From Schizochytrium sp. TIO01 (taxonomy: Eukaryota; Protista; Bigyra: Labyrinthulomycetes): a stretch of DNA of 64,000 nucleotides. Numbering within the stretch: the stretch's first letter is position 1; every line of letters begins with the position of its first letter. The position numbers and the translations under genes are program-made. Of the stretch, positions 1 through 10,369 are shown in pieces. Location of the stretch: positions 3,628,483 to 3,692,482 of the forward strand of contig SMSO01000032.1 of assembly GCA_004764695.1 (NCBI GenBank), given 5' to 3'. A model generated the notes under the pieces. The model was not told the DNA's origin. It did not search any database and worked only from the letters and a program-made list of their open reading frames with translations.

Positions 1-292
1 TAAACAGTTCTGATCAATAAGGCATTACGTCATTTGTTATGCTCTCCAGGTGTTTGTATTGAGTTGCCTACTGCAACCAGGTGGTCCAGTGCAGCAGAAT
101 TGGACTCCTCGCTAAAGTCCCGCGGAGAACTCCGCCCAGGAAAGTACACACCCTACGGTTCTCGACATTAAACATATGCAAATTACATAATTTGGCTCAG
201 ATAATAATGGGGGTCGCGGTAAAACTCGTCTCGCGGCTCGCGTCGCAAGTGAGGAAATAGACACGTCCACATTGCTCGCTTTAGCCTCCTAG

Positions 293-793
293 AATTACAA
301 AGCTAGAGTGCGCGGTGCCCTGGTAATGCTTTGTTCGCCTTCTGTCACACATGTGGCTCGAAAGAAAGGAAAAGGTCTGCAGGAAGGAAATAAATCACTG
401 GGTGAACGCACCGCAGCTAAACTAGATGAGACTCTCTTGTGTAAATCGGCAGAACAATCGTTAGCCATCGCACAGAAAATGCTTAGCGGTAAAAAAGCAT
501 CGCATTTGGACTGGGCCAAAATTGATGCCTTTGAGACTAAGAGAAAACGTTGTAAACTAGTCGGCGAAACATCACCTGGCCCAGGGCACTACAATATCCA
601 ACAAGCTGAAATTGAAGCCAAAAAACGGTGCGGGAATGGTCTTTTGCGCTGGACTGGACCACCAGAGCTTACAAAAAGACAAGTGCAGGATCGTACCGAA
701 GGAAAAGACATTCGTAGAGATTACATTGTACCATCTTGCTTTGATAAATACAAAACCAAAGCTCAACCTACTCGAGCACTGTATCAAAAGTGA
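293..793 (+). CDS. SHIPPO/ODF3/STPG-type PGP-repeat protein, probably the last exon of a gene whose 5' part is unresolved
   Basis: The ORF contains ETSPGPGHYNI, a sperm-tail PG-rich (SHIPPO) repeat, in a basic protein. The frame opens right after a pyrimidine-rich ...GCCTCCTAG at 290-292 that looks like a splice acceptor. A second PGKY-like motif lies in an upstream frame at ~50-170. Confidence 0.5.
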   Translation, partial: NYKARVRGALVMLCSPSVTHVARKKGKGLQEGNKSLGERTAAKLDETLLCKSAEQSLAIAQKMLSGKKASHLDWAKIDAFETKRKRCKLVGETSPGPGHYNIQQAEIEAKKRCGNGLLRWTGPPELTKRQVQDRTEGKDIRRDYIVPSCFDKYKTKAQPTRALYQK

Positions 794-1540
794 GGGATCA
801 ACTTACAGCCAACGCATCTTCGTTGATAGAACTTCACGACATATTTCAAAAAGGCAAACGAAGAGGAGGGAAATGAGCACTTCACGCATATTTAAGAACT
901 CATTTCACTACACAAATGTTAATCAATGACTTTAAGTCTGTTTTATCAAACGATACTAGCTTTAACCTGTGAAACTAAAGTTCAAGAACTATTCTTTAAA
1001 CAACAACGAGTAAATCTACCTGTAGTGTATATATGTGTGTGTTTCGACTTGATCAACACAGAAGCTTGATTCGCTAAATATTTTTGTTTATGGATTTAAG
1101 AGACCTCGTACCTTACCTAAGAGTGAACATAGTAGTAGGTATTAAAAAGTATTAACATTTATTCATGTATAGCCTAGTTATGTAATTCAGTTTGATCTAG
1201 CGTTATCTCGGAAATTTCTGTCTCGAAATATATAGCGTACTTTTATCTCCATTTTGAACAAGTATTGCAAGTAACTCTCTGTGCATTTTCATACTCGTTT
1301 TCTTATCCACAATTTTTCGCTATCTGCTATGACAACAGTTAAACTCCATTCTTTTGAACGTTTCCTTTCCAAGAATCTGTCTTCGAACTACCTCAGGTGT
1401 GTACGCTTGCCACTTAAATACCAATGAGACGACTAAAGGTGCCGGTCCCATCGTGGATCACTAGCAACGAAGTATAACTGGGCATTTCAATCTTCAAATC
1501 ATTCATACATTCAAATCTATAATATTATATATCAAGACAA

Positions 1541-4500
1541 CTACACCGAGCGATTGTTGTCGATGAAGACTACGCTCTGCTCCTTTTCTCCACAATATGG
1601 CACTCTACTTTCCTCAGTGGCGTGGCGAAGCACAGAAGATTGCGATGTGAAGACCACACTCTGCGAAGGGGCATCACGAGCAGAACGAAGTTCTCCATGA
1701 AAGATGATCAGATTATCTAAATACACCACTACCTCACTGACGCCACGACCTGGGCATATGGACTGGTTCCAAAAAATAAGGGCCCCCAATGTAATCCGTC
1801 GATCAAACAAGGCATACAGCCGTGCAGGCCTGGCAGCGTCGGGTGGCGTGAGACGGGTAGACCATGGCTTACGCCAGTTAGGATCAAGCTCACCCTTGCT
1901 TGGTACCAGCAACCGTCCACCATAACCCTTCATATTAAGAGGCTTTCCCCTTGCATCAATAATCTCCAGCTTATCAAGGCCCACCCATGTTGGGTCGCCA
2001 TGCGAGTCAAGAAAATCAAAGCGCAGCGAATAGCCACTAGGAAGTAAAGGCACCTCCCAATCTTGCTGCAAACTGCCATGAAGTAAAGCAGCTCCCCGAC
2101 TTCCGACCGAAACTTCGCGTGGTGGCCGAGGGGCATCTTTGAAAGCATCTCCACCTTGCCAAATGCGAGGCTCAGTCTTGTCTGAGGTGTCACTCGAGGG
2201 TTCCTTTTGCTCCTCAGACACATTTGACATATACCCATCCCCATGGCAGGTAGCGGAGGTACTTGGGTCTGCATCCATTTCAAATAAAATGGTTTGGCCA
2301 AACTCTACTTCATCTGTGCCCGTGGCACGGCGAATGGTAAGACCTTGAGAAGGTGACAAGCGCATGCCGTCAAGTGTTACATGTGCTGTACGAACACCAC
2401 GACGAGTGTCTTCAACATTTTTATTGTAGTTCCAAACTCGAATTCCGGCAAGAGCAAAATGCCGCGTTCCCAAGTCAATTTCCATAACATGGTCTTCATT
2501 AGGATTGAATTCAATAAGCCACATGTGGTGTTCATTTGATGTGTTATTCCAGCCATCAATGACCTTATCTAAAGTACGAGGATCTCCACTGTGACCATTA
2601 ACATTGATGTCAGGTGGGAAAGCCTTCATACGCTTGCGCAATGGGTACTTTTCAACAAGTTTGCCTTCACGATTACGGACGAGGAGGGCCAACCCTGTAA
2701 GACCCATGTAGTATATATCTCCCCAAGTATCAGTAAAGTTGAATCGAAGTCGTCTTCCACGTGGAGCCACCCTGACGTGCTTCTCACGCAGTTTTAGGCT
2801 CCCTGCCGACCGCGTGCAAACTGGGCGATCCACACACATGGACTGGGATAATTTGCGAATGCCATCGGCGGCAGACTGCGAACGATTTACAGCACGTTCA
2901 CTTGACTTGACAATGCCAAGTGCTCGCTCCCAGCGCTCGTCCCCACTAACGCTCAAAGAGGAATCTAAGAGTTGTGAGATAGATGCGCTTGAAGACGACA
3001 ACGGGTTGTTTGAGCGATTATATATGGGGGAGGAACGAACCTTGACAGGTTCGTCTCGAACGAAGGAGCGACTCAGTGGGCTTGCACTTGCTGTAGTCTC
3101 CGCATGAACGGAATCCTCTAGAGGACTAAGAATAACCCCATAGTCTCCGTCCTCTTCGTTATTATTGAATTCATTACCTTTTTTACTTCCGGTGTCAGTC
3201 TCTTTTCGGTAACCTTTTTTTGTTCGTAAACTCTTTTGAACTCGTTCTTCTAGACTTTGGCCCTCTAATATATACTGTTCAACCTCTTCTGATGAAATCG
3301 CAGCAAGAGATGTAGACAAATATTGCCTTCCTGATTTGTTGCCACCCACACAAAGGGGGCTTGCAGAACTAGATGATTCATAGTAGACAAAGGATTTCGA
3401 CCGCAAAGAAGACTGTTCATGGCTTGCAGCACTTTCTACGCTATCGCGTTGGTTTTTACTGCGCGATGCACCAAGGGTCCGCGATTCGCGACTTGACCGA
3501 CGTGCCGTTACCGGGACATCGGGCATAGACCGATCAGTACCTTTTATGAGGCTCCTGGATGAGCCGGAACTTTCCTTGCTAGCTCGACGAGTTGGGCTTT
3601 GATATATGTGTCTCCCGGCCTCAAGATCATCTATGTTGGGACTCAAAGCCGGAATAGATTCCGCTGGAGATCTGTTCGGATCATTTGGCTTCGCCTTGAA
3701 GTTCTCACTGTGACTTTTACTAGTGCTAGTATCACCGTTCGCTTGGCGAACACTACGGCCCCAGCTAGACAGTCGGCTAAGACCAAGATTCATGGATCTA
3801 GACATAGACATGGATAGGGACATCGATTTGGAAAGCAGTGAGACCTCATCATCGTTATCATTGCTCAGTTGGGGACTTTCTAAAATCTCAAGTATTTCTG
3901 GGACGCTTTGAACATCCTCATCTTCGTGTGAGTTATCATCTGTATCGCACGCTATTTCAAAGTCATCAAGATAGTCTTCTTCCGTCTCATCCTTTTGGTC
4001 GTGGTTATTTTCATGATCTTCATTGTCGATATTACTGCTCTGGATAATGAGGCTGCGATGGCTCACTCCTCGGTCATCGTCCGAATGCTTTCCCAAAAGC
4101 GCACGGCTTCCAGAGGCACGCCGACTGTGCATCTTGTTTACACTTATCCCTTTTGGGCTAGAGTGAAGAAATCCGCTGGAATTCATGGAAAGCGAATTCT
4201 CCTTGCTCTGCGGGCTAACCTTATCCGAATGCGACGATGCTTGTTTTTTAAGCCTTGTAGATGGCAAACTTGCCGGCTTTAAAAATTCTGGTTCTACCAC
4301 TCGACCCCATTGACGACGATTCTTTTGCGCAGCAATTTGCGAGCCGACATTACCAAAGGTCGTATTGGCTCGTCTTCGGTGATCTCCATGCTGACTTCCA
4401 ATGTGCCCTGTGGACTTGTTCAGGCTCGAGAGCGGTGCACGTTCGTTTTGAACAGATCCGTGCAGCGATGTTCTACGCCTTCTTCGAGATCCGCTGGGGC

Positions 4501-4744
4501 CCATACTAGAATTTGATGGTACCATAGAAGCTGATGCTGCAAATGAGTTAGAGGCTGAGGACACAGCAGGGTAAATACTTCCATGCTGACGATTCTGGTT
4601 GGCACCGCTGAAGTGTGTCACAAAGCCACGTTCTAGCTCACGTTTTCGTCGCTCTTCATCGCTTACTTTGCGACGCTCTTCTTCGCGACGGAGTCTATTA
4701 CGCTCTTGAAGTTCGCGCAAATTGCGTTCTACATCGCTCTGCAT
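1541..4744 (-). CDS. KATNIP: Katanin-interacting protein (KIAA0556/DUF4457 repeats), ciliary base protein
   Basis: A long Ser-rich disordered N-terminus is followed by DUF4457-type repeats: RLRFNFTDTWGDIYYMGLTGL...PPDIN...DPRTLDKVIDGWNNT...HMWL...GIRVWNYNK...RGVR, and a second copy FLDSHGDPTWVGLDKLEIID. The first ATG (MQSD) is at 4744; the ORF-track start at 4801 is GTG. Confidence 0.85.
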   Translation of the reverse strand: MQSDVERNLRELQERNRLRREEERRKVSDEERRKRELERGFVTHFSGANQNRQHGSIYPAVSSASNSFAASASMVPSNSSMGPSGSRRRRRTSLHGSVQNERAPLSSLNKSTGHIGSQHGDHRRRANTTFGNVGSQIAAQKNRRQWGRVVEPEFLKPASLPSTRLKKQASSHSDKVSPQSKENSLSMNSSGFLHSSPKGISVNKMHSRRASGSRALLGKHSDDDRGVSHRSLIIQSSNIDNEDHENNHDQKDETEEDYLDDFEIACDTDDNSHEDEDVQSVPEILEILESPQLSNDNDDEVSLLSKSMSLSMSMSRSMNLGLSRLSSWGRSVRQANGDTSTSKSHSENFKAKPNDPNRSPAESIPALSPNIDDLEAGRHIYQSPTRRASKESSGSSRSLIKGTDRSMPDVPVTARRSSRESRTLGASRSKNQRDSVESAASHEQSSLRSKSFVYYESSSSASPLCVGGNKSGRQYLSTSLAAISSEEVEQYILEGQSLEERVQKSLRTKKGYRKETDTGSKKGNEFNNNEEDGDYGVILSPLEDSVHAETTASASPLSRSFVRDEPVKVRSSPIYNRSNNPLSSSSASISQLLDSSLSVSGDERWERALGIVKSSERAVNRSQSAADGIRKLSQSMCVDRPVCTRSAGSLKLREKHVRVAPRGRRLRFNFTDTWGDIYYMGLTGLALLVRNREGKLVEKYPLRKRMKAFPPDINVNGHSGDPRTLDKVIDGWNNTSNEHHMWLIEFNPNEDHVMEIDLGTRHFALAGIRVWNYNKNVEDTRRGVRTAHVTLDGMRLSPSQGLTIRRATGTDEVEFGQTILFEMDADPSTSATCHGDGYMSNVSEEQKEPSSDTSDKTEPRIWQGGDAFKDAPRPPREVSVGSRGAALLHGSLQQDWEVPLLPSGYSLRFDFLDSHGDPTWVGLDKLEIIDARGKPLNMKGYGGRLLVPSKGELDPNWRKPWSTRLTPPDAARPARLYALFDRRITLGALIFWNQSICPGRGVSEVVVYLDNLIIFHGELRSARDAPSQSVVFTSQSSVLRHATEESRVPYCGEKEQSVVFIDNNRSV

Positions 4745-5099
4745 TTCTCCACACCTGATCTCGATATTTGTCCACCGGAATTTCTCTAATGCAGAGCCCA
4801 CTCACTCGCCCAAGATGTACTTCAGCCCTATCTATCTTTTTTGTCTCTCCCAAGTTAAGTCCACGCTGATTCTATATTAACTTTTTCGCAGATCAATTCG
4901 AGCAAAGGATATACCAAGAACTTCTTCGTTTTGGAATCGTCTCAGAATACGCCAAAAGAACTATGCCAGTATCAAAAAAAAAATGACACCAAAGGCTTCA
5001 GTCTTGTCCGTTTCAAGCTAATTTTGTCTCTCTGAAAGCTCAACGTCCCACGACGCCCTACAAATTGTCGTTGTTCCTTGCCTTCTTATACAACATGCA

Positions 5100-5390
5100 C
5101 GGAGCTGCTGCTTCACTCTGGCAAACTACGGCAGCTGTAAAAAAGCTCGGTCTGGGGGTAGAGATGTCGGGTCCAAGGCGCAAAATGTTGAGGATCTCGC
5201 AGCGCAAGTGGACCCACGGGGGTAATCCTCGCTTCCGCGTGGTCCAGGGACCGTTTTATTTCACGGCGGCGCTCCGAAGTGCCGATCGCGAACCGTGGAG
5301 CGCGCAACGCTCCTCTCCGCTCCACTTTGCCTCCTGGGCTCGAGGGACCCAAGTTTCGACCATGTCAACGGACGGCGGGTCGGTAAAACT
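5100..5390. other. GC-rich multi-hairpin element, candidate structured ncRNA or cis-element (unassigned)
   Basis: At least seven nested or adjacent helices can be paired by eye (details in findings). No convincing family motif was found. Confidence 0.35.
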
Positions 5391-6488
5391 ATGAGGTGTA
5401 TTTACAAGTTATACACACAAATTCAATATGAATTATCTATGTGAGTGTGGTGATTCATTGCATCATAACTCCTACTATATACTCATTTAAATTCCCCGGG
5501 GTACAGATAGCAAGTTTGTACGGGTTATGGAAGAAATGGTGAGGGTAGTTACCCTATAAGATGAGCAATGCACTTCATAAGAGGTGCAGAATATACCCCC
5601 TGGGGAGTTCCAGAAATGCCCGAGTGATGGGAGCTTTCGTGCCAGCACATGAATATAACAACATCGAATCAACATCAATCTCGGAACTAGTTTCATTCAG
5701 CCTCGTCGAGCTCTCAAGCCAGGGAGCTAGCGTAAGAACTTGAACCCAAATAGGTTCGTAACTGGAAGAAAGGAACTAAAGTTCTTGACTGCAGAGACGA
5801 GCTTCTTTTGTCGACGGACTTTGATTCAATACAAGAAAACGAGGTTAGTACTAAATTAAAAATGTTTTCTGCCTGAGCCTCGCGTCTTCTGTAAGCATAG
5901 CAGTCAATCTCTTTACCAATAGTTATGATGACGAAACTCCATCATCCGGGTCTTTTCAGCGGAGCTTCTTGCGCCTAACGTGATCTCATTCTTACCCGTC
6001 GGACCTGTTTCCACATTTGTTTATTGCCTCCAGGTTTCAAGCCATTTCCGCAGACTTTTATGATGATGGAATCACACTTAACACGCGGCATTTGCTCTAT
6101 AGTAGCTCTACTACTGATTGAAGGGTCATTCACCCAACAAGTATACTATAGCCTCTATAACTCACTTTGTCTCCTCTGTCCCCTATAATGACGCAGCTAC
6201 CGGTGATTAAAAAACTGAACGCAATTCAACCCAAGGAAACCTATAGCCCACAAGGTATTACTTCTCGATGGGATATCGTGGTCAGCGACAGAAGCTTTCG
6301 TGCCCTCAATATTTATGTCAGCAGTTTTCTGCAGAGTCTCTGCACTCTGGTTTCATGTCACTGGCACTTTACTTTGACAGTCTGTTGTGGACTAGGTAGT
6401 AAGACCATTTTGATTAAAGTGGGAGTGCGATGTAATCCTTCGCAAACTTGCGAACGAGGCTGAGGCAGGCAAACCCGCAAAAGGCGTC

Positions 6489-8258
6489 ATGCTGTCTCGA
6501 GCAGCGGCGCAGACGCTGCTTGGCAAGGCTTCTTGGCCGCTTCATACCTGCTCGCATCTACGTCGCGGCCTTTCAACAGCCTCTACTTCTATTCAAGGCG
6601 GTCATGGCAGGCAGGGTGGCGTCTTGGCGCGATCATGGCGCCCGGTGCTAGCCACCCTGGGGCTTGGCGGCACTAGCGTTGGACTCGGCGGCGCATACTA
6701 CTTTCGTTCTGATATTTCCGAGTACCTTTCCATTGCTCGTCGCCGTGACCCTCTTCAGGAGTCTTCTGAGCGTCGCGAGATGCGCCAAGAGCTAGAGCGT
6801 CGTGTTCAGGAAGGTGCTGCGGCTCGTCTCGCTCACGAGAACCGGGAGGTCTCCACATTCAGACGCTGGGTAGACTTTGTGCTGGACCGAATTCGGGTGG
6901 CTTTGCGAGCTCTTCAGCTACTCGCAATCTTCTCACCCTGCATCATCTCAGTTCCGGCATGGATCTTGCTACCGGAATCATGGACCTCGCGGAGACCCGA
7001 TTGGTGGCTAGAGCTTCTAGTGCAAGCACTACAAAATGGAGGTCCCACCTTTATCAAACTTGGACAGTGGGCGTCTACAAGAGCAGATCTTTTTGGGCCA
7101 CGGTTGCGGCGTAATTTGAGAGTGCTTCACGATAACGTTGGGCTTGAGCCACTGCATGTAACTAGGAGAACCCTGAGAGAGGCTGGTTTCAAGGACGACT
7201 TCATTGTGGAGCTTTCAGATAAACCCATAGGTTCTGGATGCATTGCACAAGTACACAGGGCAAAGATTGCTACATCAGACAAACCTGTGGCGGTGAAGAT
7301 TCAGCGCAGGAATGTGAGACGACTGATTGAGAATGACCTTGCACTGATGAGGGCAGCAGTGACGCTGGTAAACTTTGTACTGCCGCGAAACATATCAAAG
7401 GTCATTGGATTGCGAGAATCGAGCGAACTATTTGCAGAGTTCATGCTCGTTCAGATGGATTTCAATCAGGAGGGCCTAAACCTCATGCATTTCCAAGATA
7501 ACTTTGTTGAGACCAAGCTGCCCGTACACTTCCCACAACCTGTCGCAGTTGCCCTCAACGGTACTGTATTAGTAGAAACCTTCGAGACTGGAACAACTCT
7601 TTCTAAGCTTCTTGAAGGAGAGGGTGGCATTGAAGCGATTGATGCCTCGACTCGCCGCCGCATAGGTGCCGTCGGTGTTAAGTCGTTTTTGAAAATGGTC
7701 TTGCTGGATAATTTCTGTCACTCTGACCTCCACCCGGGCAACATCCTTGTCCGCTTTCAAGCTAACATGGATCTCGAAAGCATTTCTTTCATTGACGGTG
7801 GGCTCACAACCACCCTTTCGGAAAAAAACCGTATCAATTTTGTCGACCTCTTCGCGGCTGTGGCAACCGGTAACGGACGCCTTGCAGGAGAGCTAATGGT
7901 CGCCCGAGCAGATCAAGACCGCATTCGTCTGGCTAAAGATCCGAAGGCTTTCATAGAAGGGATTGAAAGAGTCGTTTCTCAGGTGCAAATGGATTCATTC
8001 CGTCTTGATAAGGTTCAAATTGGCAGTGTGCTAGAGCAAGTGCTAGGTCTCGTACGCTCACACCAGGTTCCTATTGACCCTTCATTCACAAACTTGATCC
8101 TCAGTATCATCGTCCTCGAAGGTATTGGGCGCACTCTCGACCCTACGCTAGACATTTTTAAGGAAAGCCTCCCCATTCTTGCCAAGGTAGATCGCGAAAT
8201 GAAGGTAGAAGCCCTCCGGGCATTACGTGATTCTACAAAACATAAAATATCTTTGTGA
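6489..8258 (+). CDS. ADCK2: ABC1/UbiB-family atypical kinase, ADCK2/Cqd1-like, probably mitochondrial
   Basis: Motifs GPTFIKLGQWASTRADLF (KxGQ), GSGCIAQVH, VAVKI, HSDLHPGNILV and FIDGGL. The N-terminus is Arg/Ser-rich like a mitochondrial presequence. Confidence 0.88.
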   Translation: MLSRAAAQTLLGKASWPLHTCSHLRRGLSTASTSIQGGHGRQGGVLARSWRPVLATLGLGGTSVGLGGAYYFRSDISEYLSIARRRDPLQESSERREMRQELERRVQEGAAARLAHENREVSTFRRWVDFVLDRIRVALRALQLLAIFSPCIISVPAWILLPESWTSRRPDWWLELLVQALQNGGPTFIKLGQWASTRADLFGPRLRRNLRVLHDNVGLEPLHVTRRTLREAGFKDDFIVELSDKPIGSGCIAQVHRAKIATSDKPVAVKIQRRNVRRLIENDLALMRAAVTLVNFVLPRNISKVIGLRESSELFAEFMLVQMDFNQEGLNLMHFQDNFVETKLPVHFPQPVAVALNGTVLVETFETGTTLSKLLEGEGGIEAIDASTRRRIGAVGVKSFLKMVLLDNFCHSDLHPGNILVRFQANMDLESISFIDGGLTTTLSEKNRINFVDLFAAVATGNGRLAGELMVARADQDRIRLAKDPKAFIEGIERVVSQVQMDSFRLDKVQIGSVLEQVLGLVRSHQVPIDPSFTNLILSIIVLEGIGRTLDPTLDIFKESLPILAKVDREMKVEALRALRDSTKHKISL

Positions 8259-10369
8259 ATAGTTTTTTGTCGTTGTTAATGTTTGCTTCGTTGTTCGAAA
8301 TATAAATCGAATTCTCTTTGAGACTGATAAAATCGTAACAATGCAACAAGTACTGTTGACACTCAACATTGCTACATTTACTTTGAATAACTCGCGTCGA
8401 ATGTATCATTAGTATCAGTGCTATTGACCTCTCGTTGAAGTCTGTGTATGCCTTATGGCGATTTATATTCATTTTTATTTACTTTATATATGTCCAAGAT
8501 AAGATAGTCATACACTGTTGCTTCTGCTACTAGTTTTTTTTTGTTTTTTTGTTTTCTCTGTACAGCATCAATTTCTATATAGAGTCAGTCATCAAGTGGT
8601 TTATAGTGATGGCCATAATTGTCGACGGATATATTTGTTTCCCTTTATTGATGTACATCATTTCGACAATCTAAATGTTAATTTGAATTTTGCCTAAAGC
8701 CAAAACAAACAAGTACATGCCACTTTCGAATGTACTGAAACGATAAATTTTTCAGTACATTGAGAATCAAAATGAAATCGATCTTTAAGTTTTATTTTGG
8801 TGCAAGTTTCTGGAGTAACTTATTACGTTCTTCTTCATGTTCCTTTTTCCGCTTAGACATATGCAAAGATAGATTAACGGCCGTCTGCAGGCTGCTATTT
8901 GCTAAGTTTTCAACACTTTCGTAGATTTTATCCACTTGTTCGGGAACTTTTCTTTTACTTCTCGTATTTGCTTTAAGGACGAAAGTTTTCGCTAAATTTC
9001 AAGTCGTTGACGCAAAGGTTGCTAAGAATACTAGAGATAAGCAACATCGAAAGCATGTTGGCATTTTAGTACGTTGCGCCCAAGCTATTATTTCAGAAAG
9101 GTGAACTACTCATTCACAGTGCATCTGAAACGAAAATTTGATTGTAAAGAAGAAACAATCAAGACGATTTTGAAGTCTATTGCAAGAGCCCACATGGCTA
9201 AAGTGATCGTTCATTGGGTGCCACAAAATGATGAAGCCTATGTTGGCTATACTCCCACGGGTCGTAAAAAACCGTTTTTAATGGTAAAACCAGTCTAAAA
9301 TCAATAGTAACAGAATGTTCATTAACATAGTTATCTTTGGTTCTATTGGAGATAAATCTTTCCTGTACTAAGCTAGAACCTACTTATAGGAAATAACAGA
9401 ATTATAAAGAAGAATCAATCTTAAGCTATTCGAAACATCCAACTCTGCTTATATTGTGTTTTCCATTGATTTTTATTGAGGCGTGTGATTGACCACCTTG
9501 AGATTTTATAGGCCAACTCAAATGTACGGGTTTAGAACCTAGTTACAGAATTTTGCAATTAGCAACCAATGTGTAGAAGTAGAAGCAAAGAGCACATTCC
9601 CAGACTATATCAACTCGCATCGCGATGATCCATAGCCACACAATGTGATGATTCAAATCACCTATCTCAGCAAAATACTTCGGGACTTCTTACTGAGAAC
9701 AAGAGATTCGAAGATCAATCAATTTTATACACTGCTCTTGTTCCCTTCCTGTCGGCACATGCCAGGCACCAGTCTCCTTGATAATCTGCCTCGATCACTG
9801 GGTAGTAGGTAGGTAGTACTATGTAGCTACAAGCATCTTTTGGTTTGGATGCATCGTTCCTAGATACTTCGCCTTTCTTCCAAATCTCATTTGCAAAAGT
9901 CTCATCCCCATGTCGCCCCTTCAATTTCTTGGGACTTTCAAAGTCGAAAAAGATAGTCGCGCGCTGAAAACGAAATGAGTCGATGATGGAATCATCGTTC
10001 GCATGACGATGATGATAATATCTAGGAGGTACCTACGTACCTACTGCCCTATCAAATCTTATTTCTTGGGTTAGGGGTAAACTTATCACTTAAGAAAGAA
10101 ATAGGCATGGTTTCTGTTCATGAGCTAGGCAATATCTAAATTCCGGTATTTCTCTTTTTCTTTAAAGGTTCCTATAGTCACTCTTCGTCTTGGTTTTGGT
10201 CTTCGTTTTCATCGAGGAACTTGCGTAATTCCTTGGTCTCAGAAATTCTTTGTATTGTCAGCAAGTGAGTAAGTAATTTCTACTTGCTACTACTAGTAAA
10301 CGCAGGGCACACCAGGTACTTTGTGCGCTTTTTAGACACAGCAATCCGCTTTCAAGCTCTTTTGTCGCA

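Noticed and set aside
5100-5390. Assignment of the structured element as SRP RNA, RNase P/MRP, U3 or telomerase RNA
   Set aside because: There is no properly paired SRP helix 8 (CAGG-stem-GNRA-stem-AGCA), no P4 CR-I/CR-V pair, no U3 boxes and no telomeric template. It is kept only as an unassigned candidate.
9074-10032. ORFs 9074-9298 (+) and 9715-9924 (-, frame open to ~10032) as small genes, transposon relics or a TGA-readthrough selenoprotein
   Set aside because: There is no ATG start or recognisable motif. Reading through the TGA at 9715-17 meets another TGA 16 codons later, with no Sec-type context.
10068-10080. GGGTTAGGGG and CTAACCTAATCCCTAA (15171-15186) as telomeric repeats
   Set aside because: These are single or degenerate copies only, compatible with chance.
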